Positions 1 to 14,368 of a stretch of 64,000 bases of DNA are shown here, one piece after another; the stretch's first letter is position 1, and every line of letters starts with the position of its first letter. This DNA is from Octopus vulgaris (Eukaryota): contig OX597837.1 in assembly GCA_951406725.2 (NCBI GenBank), positions 6,014,001 through 6,078,000 of the forward strand, in the 5' to 3' direction. Below the pieces are notes generated by a model, which saw only the letters and a program-made list of their open reading frames with translations, did no database searches and was not told where the DNA came from. Made by a program: the position numbers and the translations under genes.

Positions 1-434
1 TTTTCTACATTAGATTTTTCTGTTGCAAAAATTATTTTCTTTTTCCCTTCTCTTTCCTCAAATGCCCTTTTCACAATTTTCTGCTTTTATTTTATTTATT
101 TATTATTATTTTTTTTTTTGTTATTTTACTTTGGAAACAACTGAATTCTTAGAAGAAAGTATCTGTCACCATCACGAAGGGATGAAATTACAATAAAAAC
201 AATAATAATAAAAATATCATCAACAAGAACAAGAACAACAATAACAACAATAACAACAATAACAACAATAACAACAACAACAAAAACAGCAATAATGATA
301 ACAATAATAATAATAATAATGATAATGATATTGGACGATTATGATGAGTTCGTTTATTGGCCAAAAGAGCTCATCACATCGGAGTCAGTATCAAAGTAAA
401 AGAAAGGCTAAATGCGAGGGCTTACATCGCATTG

Positions 435-487
<53 letters not shown>

Positions 488-676
488 TTACTATTACTCC
501 TGCTGCTGCTAGTAATAGTGGTAGTAAATTCGTGTAAATGTGTGTAAGATGAAAAATATTTTTTAGGAAAATAAAACATTCAGTTTCAGTTTAACGTATT
601 TTTAGAGGAAAATAAAACAAAATTATTTCAAAATATCTTGTTATTCCCCCAACATATGTGTGCCTGTGTCTGTGTG

Positions 677-723
<47 letters not shown>

Positions 724-764
724 ACATACATATATATACATATATATAGACATATATATGTATA

Positions 765-846
<82 letters not shown>

Positions 847-1729
847 CATATATATATATATGTCTGTATATATTTGTGTATATATATATATATATGTGTG
901 TGTGTTTGTGTGTGTGTGAACGCGTTCGAAGAATATGTCTGAGCATGCATAATGTTTACTCTTTTCACAATTCGCTCTGCTCCAACACACACATACGCAC
1001 ACACACACATACATACATACATACATACATACATACATACATACATACATACATACATACATACATGCATACACACGCACTTGCATTAACATAGACACAA
1101 CGACACACACAAACACACATACACGCACGAAATATAAATTAAGCAAAAAAACTTTAAAATTCCAATACAAAATTAAAATTATGCAAATACAGAAACAAAT
1201 AATCTAAATAAATAAATAAATAATTTCTTTTTTTTTTTTTTAAAGACAGATAAATAGAAGAAGAGAAACACCGACGCTAGAAATTTATTTAAATGTTAAA
1301 CATAAAAATACTTTAAAATAGATTGTTAATACAAAAATAAAAATGAATAAAAAAACACAAATATAAATAGTTAAATAATAAAAAAAATTTAAATTATTGA
1401 GACAACTCGGTACTGTTTGATGTTTGACGTAATGATAAGGTGAAAGATTAAAGGTCAAAGGTAAATATGTAAAAATACCAAAGAGACATTCTACTAAATC
1501 GTCACTAGGAAATGTTTAATAATTTTTCTTTTAAATAAAATTCTTTCCCTCCTTTTCGAAAATATCTCGGTCAGAGTCAAAAGAAAAACAAATTTGTTTG
1601 TTGGGTTTTTTTTTCTTTCTCCTTTTAAAAACTTGCATTCGTAACAATAGTTATTGGATTTCTTTTGTTTTTGTTTTTGCTTTGGATTTTTTGTTTTTTT
1701 GGTGGTGCTCTTTTTCGTTGTCGTCATCG

Positions 1730-2312
1730 TTGTAGGCGTCGTCATGATGATGATGATGATGATGAGGATGATGGTGATGATTGTCATCATCATCATCGTC
1801 GTCGCTGTCGTCGTAGTCATCTTCATCATTCATCACCATCATCATTCATGTCATCACCATCATCATCATCATCATCATCATCACCGTTGTCGTTATCATC
1901 GTCGTCATCATGATCGTCATGATCGTCATCATCATCATCATCATCATCACCTTCTTCTTCTTCTTCTTCTTCCTCATTGATCACCATCATCATCTGTCTC
2001 GTCATCACCATCATAATCATCGTCGTCGTTCACATTACTACCACCGACATCATCATAATCATCATCATCATCGTCTCCGTCGTCGCCATCGTCATCATCG
2101 TCATCATTATCATCATCATCCTCATCATCCTGATCATCATCATCATAATCATCATCAACATCATTATCATCGTGATCATCGTGATCATCGTGATCATCGT
2201 GATCATCAACATCCTCATCATCGTCATCATCGTCGTCATCGTAATCATCGTCATCATCGTCATCGTCATCATCATCGTCATCATCGACATCATCATCATC
2301 ATCATCATCATC
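1730..2312. repeat. (CAT/CGT)n compound microsatellite
   Basis: Directly visible; similar tracts at 4020-4520, 7004-7470 and 57130-57460. Confidence 0.95.
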
Positions 2313-2867
2313 ATATATACATACACGTAAAGAATACTCTTTATTTCCCTACTACGTCAAAGCACTTTGCTTCGGGAAATATACGATGTGCAGGATGTGT
2401 TGACGTAACTGACAAACTTTCGCCCAAGATAAATCCAAGCTTCAAGCTATTTAACCATAGCCAAGACCAATTCACAATCGTACCTAATTAACCGTAACCA
2501 AGACTATTACACTGTCTTCGCTAATTAATAACAATTTCGAAGACCAGTTTGGGCTTGTAGCTCAGTGGTTCTCAACCATTTTTCTTGTCAATGGATCCTT
2601 TTTTTTCCTATTTTGCACGAGTGACCCTAAATAGCCATCTGATGTTTAAAAAATAATTTATTTTTGATAATTAAATATTATTAGCAATTGTATTAAAAAT
2701 GTTAACATGTTCTGCGACTTGTTGAAGTATAAACAATCTATCCTTTTGTTCTTTTGTTCTTTTAATTGTTGTAGTTTTTTTACTGCGGCCATGCTGGAGC
2801 ACCTATGTGCAAGAAGCTAGTTATACTTCTATAAAACGCAAAATAGTTTAACAATCTATTTTAGAGG

Positions 2868-3027
2868 AGTAGGAGTGGCTGCGTGGTAAGAAGATTGCTG
2901 CCCAACCACATGGTTCTGGGTTCAGCCCCACTGCGTGACGCCTTGGGCAAGTGTCTTTTACCAAAGCCCCAAGGCGACTAAAGCCTTGTAAATGGATTTG
3001 GTGGGGAGAAGCAGAAAGAAACCCGCC

Positions 3028-3091
<64 letters not shown>

Positions 3092-3312
3092 GTTTATGTT
3101 TATGTGTTCCCCCATCGTTGCCACTTGACAACCTATGTTGGTTTCTTTATGTCCCCGTAACGGCAAAATATACCGATAGAATAAACACCAGGCTTAAAAA
3201 TTAAGTACTGGGGGTGGGGGGGCGATTCATTCGTCAAATATAATTTAAGGTTGTGCTCCAGCGTGGCCGCAGTCTAATATCTGAAACAGATAAAGGACAA
3301 AAGATAAAAGAT
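2868..3312 (+). mobile_element. tRNA-derived SINE family A (internal TA/TG microsatellite)
   Basis: Head aggagtggctgcgtggtaag...ggttcagccc (Pol III A/B box-like) and tail gtgctccagc.tggcc.cagtc. Multiple copies in the window. Confidence 0.8.
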
Positions 3313-3407
3313 AAACGATACAATTCCTAATTAATAGAATAACAAAAGGTAATAATATCTTTTTTTTAAACACTGAAGGATCCACCCGAGTAATATTGGA
3401 AGAAAAT

Positions 3408-3572
3408 AGGTTCCGGTATGGTTGTGTGGTAAGAAACTTGCTTCCCAACCACATGGATCCCGGTTCAGCCCCACTGTGTGGCACGTTGGGCAAGTGTCTT
3501 CTAACATAGCTGCGGGCCCACAAAAGCCTTGTGAGTGAATTTGGTAAACGGAAACTGAAAGAAGCCCGTCGA
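3408..3572 (+). mobile_element. SINE family A, 5' half
   Basis: Matches the head of the 2868, 13133 and 47106 copies. Confidence 0.75.
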
Positions 3573-3612
3573 ATATGTATATACATATATATGTGTGTGT
3601 GTGTGTGTGTAT

Positions 3613-3950
3613 CTGGCCAGCCCCAAGGAAAAACTAAGCTAAGAGCATTAGATTCCTTGGAAGAAAACAGCGAATGTATACAAAAACAGGGATGGAAAGA
3701 AAGGACAATGTTACAGAAATACAATAAATATAATAACAGGACATAACAACAAGTGTCTTTCGACTAAGGACGAATTGAATTAAGCTGGCGCGTGTGGAAA
3801 TGAAGACTTACGGCAGGGATACAAGATTCCACAGACAGAGGGAGGAATATCGATATTGCACGAACAACGGCTAGACCAAGAAAGAAAGATCAGGCTTCGC
3901 CGAACGCCGGTCATGTGAGAAGAGAAGAGAGAAAGAGGCAGAGGAACAGA
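3613..3950 (-). repeat. Interspersed repeat family E
   Basis: Reverse complement of 51765-52087. Confidence 0.75.
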
Positions 3951-5077
3951 AGGATTAAGGAGGGGCGAGAAAAAATGACAGGGACACAGTGAAGTGAAAA
4001 GTGGAGGGAAAGTGAGCAAGAAGATGATGGTGATAATGATGGTACTGATGACGACAACGACGATGACGATGATAATGATGATGATGATGATGATGACGGT
4101 GACGACGACGACGACGATGACGATGATGATGATAATGATGATGATGATGATGATGGAGGTGATGATTATAATGATGGTACTGGTGACGACAACGGCGACA
4201 GCGGCGATGATGATGATGATGATGGTGACGATGCCAACGACGGCGAAGAAGATGAAGAGAATGATGATGACGACGACGACGACGACGACGATGATGATGA
4301 TGATGATGATAATGATGATGATGATGATGCTGATACCTGTGATGGTGGTGGTGGTGGTGGTGATGGGGATTACGAAGATGACGACAACCACGAGGATGGT
4401 GGTGGTGGTTGTCGCCGTCGTCGTCGTCGTCGTGATACGGTTGTAGCCATGATGATACTGAAGTTGCTAATGACGACGCCGATGAAGACGACGACGATGA
4501 CAGCGAATGGTGGTGATGGCGATGATAATAACGATGCGGAGGATGATGCGGAAGAAGACGCGGCGGGAAGAAGCGGGAAGAGGTAGGTGGAAGAGAAGAA
4601 AATGATTGGTGGTGGTCGAGGTGGGAGGGGAGAAAATTGGTGGAGAAATATGAAGGATGAGGGAAATTATGTAGAATTAAGAAAATAAGCAATTTAAACG
4701 TGACAGATTTATGTTACTTCAAATTATATGGCGACCGGAAGAAGAAATAGGGGAAAGATAAGGCGAGATATTTCATAAAAACAATGAAACCGTTTAAAAG
4801 CGTTATTAGAAAGACGGGGGTCGACCCCCTAATTGTAATCCTTGTCAAGATTAAAAGAAGTAAACATAGGAACTGTCATAATAACTCGCAACAAATTAAG
4901 GCAATTTTCGTTTGAAAGTGTGGTTGTGTAGTCTGGTGGTTAGGGTGTTGCATTTGCGAATATACGATTGTTGTTTCGATTCCTTCATCGCCCGATAGCT
5001 TTTGTTTATTCTTTTATTCTTTCAAGGCGACGAGATTTCAGGCCTTGTACCTAGAATACTAGAAAAGAATATTAATA

Positions 5078-5530
5078 AAGGCGGTGAGCCGGCAGAAACG
5101 TTAACACGCCGGACGAAATGCTTAGTGGTATTTCGTCTGCTTTCACGGTCTGAGTTCAAAATTTCCATCGAGGTCAGTCGTTTAGATCGACCCCAGTACG
5201 CAACTGGTGCTTTATTTATCGACCCCGAAAGGATAAAAGGCACAGTCGACTTCGATGGAATTTTGAACTGAAAACGTGAAAACAGACGAAATACCTATTT
5301 CTTTATTACCCCCAAGGGGCTAAACACAGAGAGGACAAACAAGGACAGACACAAGGATTAAGTCGATTATATCGACCCCAGTACGTAACTAGTACTTATT
5401 TAATCGACCCCGAAAGGATGAAAGGTAAAGTCGACCTCGGCGGAATTTGAACTCAGAACGTAGTGGCAGACGAAATAACCGCGAAGCATTTCGTCCAGCG
5501 TGCTAACGTTTCTTCCAGCTCGCCGCCTGG
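5078..5530. mobile_element. SINE family C (Nin/Deu-like core): plus-strand head fused to an inverted tandem copy
   Basis: Plus-strand head aaggcggtgagccggcagaa at 5078-5178, then minus-strand units with core ccgaggtcgactttrcctttcatcctttcggggtcga. Confidence 0.75.
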
Positions 5531-5875
5531 CAGGCAATAGGTTAATAGCTGATACGTCAAGCGTGCAATGGACGCTCATCCCATCATGTCATAAGGGTGT
5601 TGCACTCGTCGTGGTTTCAATCCACGGACCAGCGCGTGCATTGTGTTCCTGAGCAAAGAATTTCGTCTTATGTCGCTGCAGTTCACCGGCTATGAATAAC
5701 AGCGTTTAAATAAAATGGCAAGGAAGATGACCGTGTGACGGACCGGCGTCTCGTACAAGTTTAAAATGCGCTACGCTGACGATTGCGCGATTATGGTTTC
5801 GATTCCTTGGCCGGCCGGTATGTTCTGTTGGTGAGTAAAGCATTTCACTTTACGTTGCTGCAGTTTACTCAGCTA

Positions 5876-6292
5876 TACTCTTTTACTTTTTTTACTTGTG
5901 TCAGTCATTTTACTGTGGCCATGCTGGAGCACCACCTTTTAGTCGAGCAAATCGACCCCAGGACTTATTCTTTGTAAGCCTAGTACATATTCTATCGGTT
6001 TCTTTTGCCGAACAGCTAAGTTACGGGGACGGACGTAAACACACCAGCATCGGTTGTCAAGCGATGTTGGGGGGGACAAACACAAACATATAAACACACA
6101 CACACATACATTTACATATACATATATACGACGAGCTTCTTCCAGTTTCCGGCTACCAAATCCACTCACAAGGCTTTGGTCGACCCGAGGCTATTGTAGA
6201 AGACACTTGCCCAAGGTGCCAAGCTGTAGGAATGAACCCGGAACCATGTGGTTAGTAAGCAAGCTACTTACCACACAGTCACTCCTACGCCT
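5876..6292 (-). mobile_element. SINE family A, full length
   Basis: Reverse complement of the 47106-47515 copy. Confidence 0.85.
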
Positions 6293-6994
6293 ATGAATAA
6301 TTTCTGACAACAACTGGAAGCTTAAAACTACGTGGACCGGCCATACCGTTTAGTGTCATAAGGGCGTCGCACTCCCGAATGTCAGGTGTCGTTTCGGTTC
6401 CTGGATCGGGTGGCGTTTTGTGTTCTTGAGTAAACAAGTAACAATAACAACAACAACAACGTCAGTACATTACAACAAGAATAACAGTAACTAGAATAGC
6501 TACAACATCAACAACAACCACAGCAAACCAACAACAACAAAACCAAGAAAAGTCGAGATGTCTGACAGCATTTGGAAACAAAAGCATCAAAAGTTTGAAT
6601 GCGAAATAATAGACAATTACGTAATTAGAGGAAAAATATAATCAACATTGATAGCAAAACAACAACAGCAATAACAACAACAACAACAATGGCGGCGACG
6701 GCGACGGCGCCGCCGACAAAAACGAATAACAACAATGAGGAAAACAACGTAAACAGCGATGACAAGGACTGCAACGAAAACAAAAACAACAACAATAAAA
6801 ACAACGGCGACGATGATGACGACGACGACGACGATGACGACGACGACGATGACGACGACGACGACGACGAATGCAGCAATCGTCATAGAAACTATAGTCT
6901 TAATTTCCTTATTTAAAATCAAAAACCAAAATTGTTTTTTTAAAGATTTCAGAAACTTGCAAATACCACAAATACACCCAACGGGATGTACGTC

Positions 6995-7021
6995 ATCGTT
7001 GACATCATCATCATCATCATC

Positions 7022-7081
<60 letters not shown>

Positions 7082-7112
7082 GTCATCATCATCATCATCA
7101 TCATCGTCATCC

Positions 7113-7156
<44 letters not shown>

Positions 7157-7418
7157 GTCGTCGTCGTCATCATCATCATCATCATCATCATCATTATCAT
7201 CATCGTCGTCGTCATCATCATCATCATCATCATCATCATCGTCGTCGTCGTCGTCGTCATCATCATCATCATCATCATCATCGTCATCATCATCATCATT
7301 ATCGTCATCATCATCATCGTCGTCGTCGTCGTCATCATCATCATCATCATCATCATCATTATCATCATCGTCGTCGTCATCATCATCATCATCATCATCA
7401 TCGTCGTCGTCGTCATCC

Positions 7419-7454
<36 letters not shown>

Positions 7455-7470
7455 CCGTTGTCATCATCGT
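6995..7470. repeat. (CAT/CGT)n microsatellite
   Basis: Directly visible; source of the poly-D/S/M/I ORFs. Confidence 0.95.
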
Positions 7471-7552
7471 CTTCACTATCATGACAACCACACACAAATA
7501 TATGCATACATACATATATATAAATAAATATATATATATATATAATAAAATA

Positions 7553-7791
7553 AATGAGCCCTTTTAAATCCTAGCCAGGCTCATGGGACCGATTTCCAGT
7601 TTCAATGGCGTATGTGTTCCCCAGCTGGACAGGACGCCAGTCCATCGCAGCGTTACTCAATTTTGCCAGCTGGGTGGACTGGAGCAACGTGAAATGAAGT
7701 GTTTTGCTCAAGAACACAACGCGTCGCCCGGTCCAGGAATCGAAACCACAATCTTACGATCATGATGCTGACACACTAGGCAACGCGCCTC
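7553..7791 (-). mobile_element. SINE related to family B (different middle, tail type 2)
   Basis: tRNA-like head, middle ttcttgagcaaaacacttcatttcacgttgctccagtccac, tail shared with 25695. Older relatives lie near 5560-5870, 6340-6430 and 56860-57110. Confidence 0.75.
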
Positions 7792-7847
7792 AACACACAC
7801 ACACACAGTCGCTAAAATTAATGTTTATTTATGCAGCAAATAACACC

Positions 7848-7883
<36 letters not shown>

Positions 7884-7891
<8 letters not shown>

Positions 7892-8264
7892 TAAAATTAC
7901 TAAGTCTCTCTAAAAGAGAATACGGCAGCGTTCCAGGAAATAAATAGTTATCGCCATACTAATATGGCATTCTTATAAAAATAAGAATAAAGCTGTCCGC
8001 TTATTAGCTCCATGAGGCCATCGCCTTAAGTTAGCTATTTGATACACAAACTGTATCCATATAACCTTCGAACAAGGGAGGTCAGTCGCTCCACACTACT
8101 TGACCGGCAGCTACAGACGCGTTTCGGAGTATTGCCTTGTTCGAAGGTTATATGGATACAGTTTGTGTATCAAATAGCTAACTTAAGGCGATGGCCTCAT
8201 GGAGCTAATAAGCGGACAGCTTTATTCTTATTTTTATAAGAATGCCATATTAGTATGGCGATAA

Positions 8265-8272
<8 letters not shown>
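7884..8272 (-). mobile_element. Non-coding element with perfect 138-bp inverted repeat (probable inverted PLE pLTR remnant)
   Basis: 7940-8077 is the reverse complement of 8135-8272. The 57-nt spacer carries the hammerhead 3' half GAAAcgcgTC on the minus strand. Both sides abut (TA)n. Confidence 0.7.
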
Positions 8273-8312
<40 letters not shown>

Positions 8313-8946
8313 GTGTGGGGGGGAGCAAGCATCTTACCACACAGCCTCATACCATTAGTAACAGGAAGAACAGTGATTTGCACGTCGCCAATATATTTTA
8401 CAGCTATTTATACTATATCACCATGACCTATACATGTTTCCACAGCAGTGACCGGGCACTGGTAGATGTAACCGTGCAATATCGTCAGTGCAATTTGACC
8501 AGGGTCCTTACCTTAAGTCCTCTTCGAATCAAACTGGATAAAGATAGCGTTCGTTGCTTAGTGTTCAGCAGAATATAGGGGTGTTGGTATTTCTCGAAAC
8601 TTGACCTAGAATTCACTCCTGCCGTATTTGTAATTGGAGCATGTTCTTAAATAGGTGAAGTTTGGGTTTTTGTTTTTGAAGTGTTTTTAGTATTTCTTGA
8701 TAGCTCTGTGTGCTACGTGTTGTGTTGAATACATTGTCTACATAGAAATATTTAATTCATTCCATTCATCGTTTGTGTTTTGGTTGCTCCTTTATTACTA
8801 TTGTATATTGTGTAATGTTTTCATTTAAATTGCCCAAGCGTCAAATTTTTTTGCGTAAAGTCATCTTAGTGCTCGCTCTATTCCTGTGTTTACTAATATG
8901 TATTTTGAAGTGAAAATATATATGTTCATCGTATCAACCTATTACC

Positions 8947-9036
8947 TTTCTCTGATGACGGAGTACTTAGTATTTGGATCCCACGCTGGACGCGATATTC
9001 CGGTAGCTAGGATATTCTAGAAACAGCTGTCGGAGA
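8947..9036 (+). ncRNA. Type-I hammerhead ribozyme motif with long stem II
   Basis: tttct-CTGATGA-[cggagta...~60 nt]-GAAA-cagctg-TC-ggaga: palindromic stem III ACAGCTGT; stem I contains G-U pairs. Confidence 0.7.
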
Positions 9037-9130
9037 CAAACTAAACCTTTTATTACAGAGTTAAATTAAATGTACCTATCTTGCCAAGCTGCTTGCCGTT
9101 TCATTTCTGCTTTAATCTATCTATCCATCC

Positions 9131-9196
<66 letters not shown>

Positions 9197-9268
9197 ATAT
9201 CTATCTACTTATCTATCTATCTATCTATCTATCTATCAATCTATCTATCTCTCTATCTATCTATCTAA

Positions 9269-9319
<51 letters not shown>

Positions 9320-10026
9320 GCTACCTATCTTTATCTATCTATCTATCTATACATGCATACCCACAGGCATATATATGTGTGTGCATGTATAGGTATATAC
9401 ATACATATTCATATATGCATATATACATGCATTTTTATATATTCACTCTCATACACAAACACACATAAACACACACACATAAATGTGTATAATATGCATA
9501 AAATCATATGCACTTGGGAATATCAGCGATACACAGAAGCATATAAACGAGTGAACGCATGCGTATATATCTGTTTTCGTTGGGTATGTGTGAATGTGGG
9601 TGCGTGCTTGCATACATCTATAAGCCAGTAAATTATCGGAGGTTACATATTGCACATATATATATACACACAAAATTTGCCGTATATATGAGTACATAGA
9701 TGCATGAATCTCCAAGTGCACACAAACGTATACTCACTGACTCATAAAAATACATCCATATATATATATATATATATATATATACGTGTGTGTGTGTATA
9801 ATGTGCATATTTTATTGGTTTTTCTTGCATATATTTAAACAGATCAATGATTACCAACACATATGTTTATAATCATATATACACACACATGTATATATAT
9901 GTATATATACATACATATAAAAAGTGAGAGAGTTGGATTAAAATATAGATACGTATAGATGTATAAATATATCCATGTACATATTCATATACATGTATGT
10001 ACAGTGTGTGTGTGTTCGTGCGCGAG

Positions 10027-10057
<31 letters not shown>

Positions 10058-10150
10058 GGCAGAGAGAGAATCTAAGATATAGATAGATAGATATAGATGT
10101 ATGGATATATGTATGTAAATATTCATATACATGTGTGTATAAACGTGTAG

Positions 10151-10193
<43 letters not shown>

Positions 10194-10223
10194 TATATGA
10201 GATAGATATTTATATGCATATAC

Positions 10224-10320
<97 letters not shown>

Positions 10321-10728
10321 TTCATTTTAGTCCACGAATGTGTGTATGTGTATATACACGGTTGTGTGTCTGTCTGAATGTGTGTGTTTATATGTACGCA
10401 TATATCTTTAAATGCGTTATATTTATCTATGACTAAGCTTTTCCGAGTCACTCCGAGTGTATATGTACCACTCAGTGTACACGTACGTGTATCTCTGTTT
10501 GTACGCATGTATGTATGTGTGGATGTATGTATGGATTGATAGATGGACGGATGGAAATCTATATGGGTATGTGTAAGCTCTGGGGGGTGTTTTATAGCTT
10601 GATATTATGTAAACTCTAGTAACCGTAGATCGCATCAAAATTTTAGCGTATAAATTTACATTCACATTACCATTATCAATATAATAATTATTTTTGTTAA
10701 CATCACCACCACCACCAGCACCACCAGC

Positions 10729-10762
<34 letters not shown>

Positions 10763-11052
10763 TCATCATCGTCATCATCATCATCTTCATCATCATTGTC
10801 GTCGCCGTCATCCTCATCATAATCCTCAACATCGTCCTCATCATCATCTTCGTCAACGTCATCTTTGTCATCTTCCTACTCCTCGTCCCCTCCTCATATT
10901 CTTATTCTTCATCTTATTATTGTTATGTTTATTATTCTTATGTCGTTTTATTATTTGTCTTTTCGTTTTTTTATTACTTTTATCATTACCATCATTATCA
11001 TCATTATCACCACTTTATTGCAATTAATACGATTATTAATGTTAGCTTTTAC

Positions 11053-11101
<49 letters not shown>

Positions 11102-11773
11102 GTTATTATTACTATCATAAACATTATTATCATCATTATCGTTGTCATTATATTCCTTTTAATTTGTTATTTTTATTATCATTGTCGTTATCATTTTCAT
11201 CCTTTAATACTATAACTATAATTATTATTATTATCATTATTATTATTATTATTATTGTTACTATCAACATCATCATCATCATCATCATCACCACCATCAT
11301 CATCTTTCATTTTATTATGACCACTGTTCTTGTATTTGTTGTCGTTAATATACAAAGAAGAAAAAGGATGGAGAGATGAGGCTGGGTCGTTTAAATATCA
11401 TCAAATCAGCTTTGCCATATTTTTACATTGCACATTCCTTCGAACATTCCGACGTATCTAAGCTGTACAAAAATGGATATTTTACGATATATGTACGCGC
11501 GTGTGTGTATAAGTGTGTGTATATATATATATATATATATTTATTTACAAGCATAAACCTAGACATACATATATATATAGAGACGAAAATATCTATTTAT
11601 ATATTTTTGTTTTTAAATTTAACTCTTAATTTGCTTTGTCCCCTATTTTCAAACATAAACTCTTCTTCTTAATCATACAAATATACTTTATTACTGGCAT
11701 CTGTGTTTGTGCGTAATACATACTTATACATATACATAAAGACACACAAGGATACACGCACACACATACACAT

Positions 11774-11825
<52 letters not shown>

Positions 11826-12033
11826 GTATGTACACATGTGCATATGCAAGTCAGTTATTTAATAGTTATAATATGCATATATTCATATGCATATACTGGT
11901 ATATTCATAAGTACAGGCATCAATTTATTCATATTTGTGCATATGTTCCTACACACGCACATACATATGTATATACATATAAATGCATATATGTATATAC
12001 ATATATATATACATACATACACGCACATATATA

Positions 12034-12078
<45 letters not shown>

Positions 12079-12091
12079 GTGTGTATATATA

Positions 12092-12184
<93 letters not shown>

Positions 12185-12311
12185 GTATATTTACATTTAG
12201 ATTTATGTATACATATTCCAATTAATAAATATGTATTGATATATACATGTATTGATATTCCTATTTATGTATACATACATACACACACATATATATGCAT
12301 GTATGTATATA

Positions 12312-12350
<39 letters not shown>

Positions 12351-12543
12351 GCATAAATTTCTGCATTCCCATATTTATGTATATACACACACATGCACAT
12401 ACACACAAACATATAGGCATATAGAGATACACACACATATATGCATACATATATTGGTACATATTCATATACACCACACATACGCACACACACACATACA
12501 TATATATGTATGTACGTTTGTATGTCTGTATGTATGTATACAT

Positions 12544-12597
<54 letters not shown>

Positions 12598-12711
12598 CAT
12601 TTCTGCATTCCCATATATATGTATATACACACCCATGCACATACATAAATACATATAGGCATACACACTCATGCACATACACGCATACATAGATACATAT
12701 TCATATACGTG

Positions 12712-12745
<34 letters not shown>

Positions 12746-13132
12746 CGTACACATATCTTTATAATTATTTCTTCCTACGCAAATATTTCTGAAGTGTTTA
12801 TTCCAGAAGCGATGTGATACGACTGTACTGATATTATATATATTGTATATTTTATGTTATGTAATATTATATTACATTATACTATACCATATTACACTAT
12901 ATTATATTATTTTCTATCATATTACATTTTATTATACTGCACCATATTTTTTTCTAGATTATGCCATCGCTTTTCGTGGTAGAATTTATTTATACGCATA
13001 TATCAGTGATAAAAGCCAGCTATGGCGAGAGTTTCTGCAGGTGGTGGATTCAGCTGAACTGCTAGAAATAATAGTTAAATCTGTTCTTCGAATCAGGAAG
13101 GCATCTAATCATTTTTGTAATGGCGGATATGT

Positions 13133-13570
13133 GTAGGAGTGGCTGTGTGGTAATAGGGGCAGGAGTGGCAGTGTGGCAAGTAGTTTGCTTACAAACTACA
13201 TGGTTCCAGGTTCAGTGCCACTGCGTGGCACCTTGGTAAAGTGCCTTCTACTGTAGCCTCGGGCCGACCGAAGCTTTGTGAGTGGATTTGGTAGACAGAA
13301 ACTGAAAGAATCCCGTCGTGTATATGTATATGTATATATGTGTACGTGTGTGTATATGTTTGTGAGTCTGTGTTTGTCCCCCGCCAACATCGTTTGACAA
13401 CCGATACTGGTTTGTTTACGTCCACGTAACTTGACTGTTCGGCAAAAGAGACCGATAGAATAAGTACTAGGCTTACAAAGTATAAGTCCTGTGGTCGATT
13501 TGGTTGACTAAAGGCGGTGCTCCAGCATTGCCACAGTCAAATGACTGAAACGGGTAAAAGAGTAAAGAGA
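13133..13570 (+). mobile_element. SINE family A, full length (doubled 5' end)
   Basis: Same head, body and tail, ending gtaaaagagtaaagag. Confidence 0.85.
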
Positions 13571-13748
13571 GTTGTTGATTTGTTCTCGTTTAATAAATTG
13601 GAGACTAGTTTTAATATAGATATATTGTATGTTTTATCTGCTATTTGTTTCAGACAATACACTGCGTCCATGCTGGAGCACCGACACCTTGTTTGGTTTC
13701 CGTTAAACAAATCGACCCCAGTACAACTCTCTCACACGCACACGTATA

Positions 13749-13966
13749 CACGAAGGAGAGCTGAAAGGTTTCTGGCTTTAAGGGCACCGTGAAAGCCTTA
13801 GTTGAAGGTCCAACCTTCCGAGTTCTTTTACAGGGTTTAGAAAAACTGATGGACCGTTGCAATTAACGTGTGAATCTGAAGAGGGAATATCTTGATTAAA
13901 ATCATAATTAACTGATCCGCCTCTATTTTCTTTTACCCAAACGCAAGAAATTTTCAGTACACCCTA
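13749..13966 (+). mobile_element. Mariner-derived MITE (internally deleted)
   Basis: Imperfect TIRs and residual transposase C-terminus FFLQGLEKLMDRCN*RVNLKREYLD. A related 3' end lies at 37690-37797. Confidence 0.7.
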
Positions 13967-14044
13967 CTACTATTACTACTACTACATACACACACAAACA
14001 CACACACAAACGCACACGCACATATATACATACATATATATATG

Positions 14045-14290
14045 AAATAAAATACAAAATGGGACAAGAACGCAAAACAGCTGGACAACTAGCTGATACA
14101 AAAAGTGACAACAAAATATCTAGATAGACGATACAAAAAAACAAGGACGGGTCATTCGAAGCCTTTTATCTTCAGCCAAGAACCGGATCATCCTCGCAAT
14201 TTCGGCTGATTAATCTTGAGATTGCTCCAATCTGGCCAGCCTTAAGGAAACATTAAGCATCGAATGTATACGAAAACAAGGACGGAAATG
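14045..14290 (-). repeat. Interspersed repeat family E
   Basis: Reverse complement of 52000-52200, with an internal deletion. Confidence 0.7.
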
Positions 14291-14296
14291 GAAGTT

Positions 14297-14366
<70 letters not shown>

Positions 14367-14368
<2 letters not shown>

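Noticed and set aside
2563-2600. hAT/Charlie-like TIR CAGTGGTTCTCAACC
   Set aside because: No partner TIR or 8-bp TSD was located, so it is not listed as a feature.
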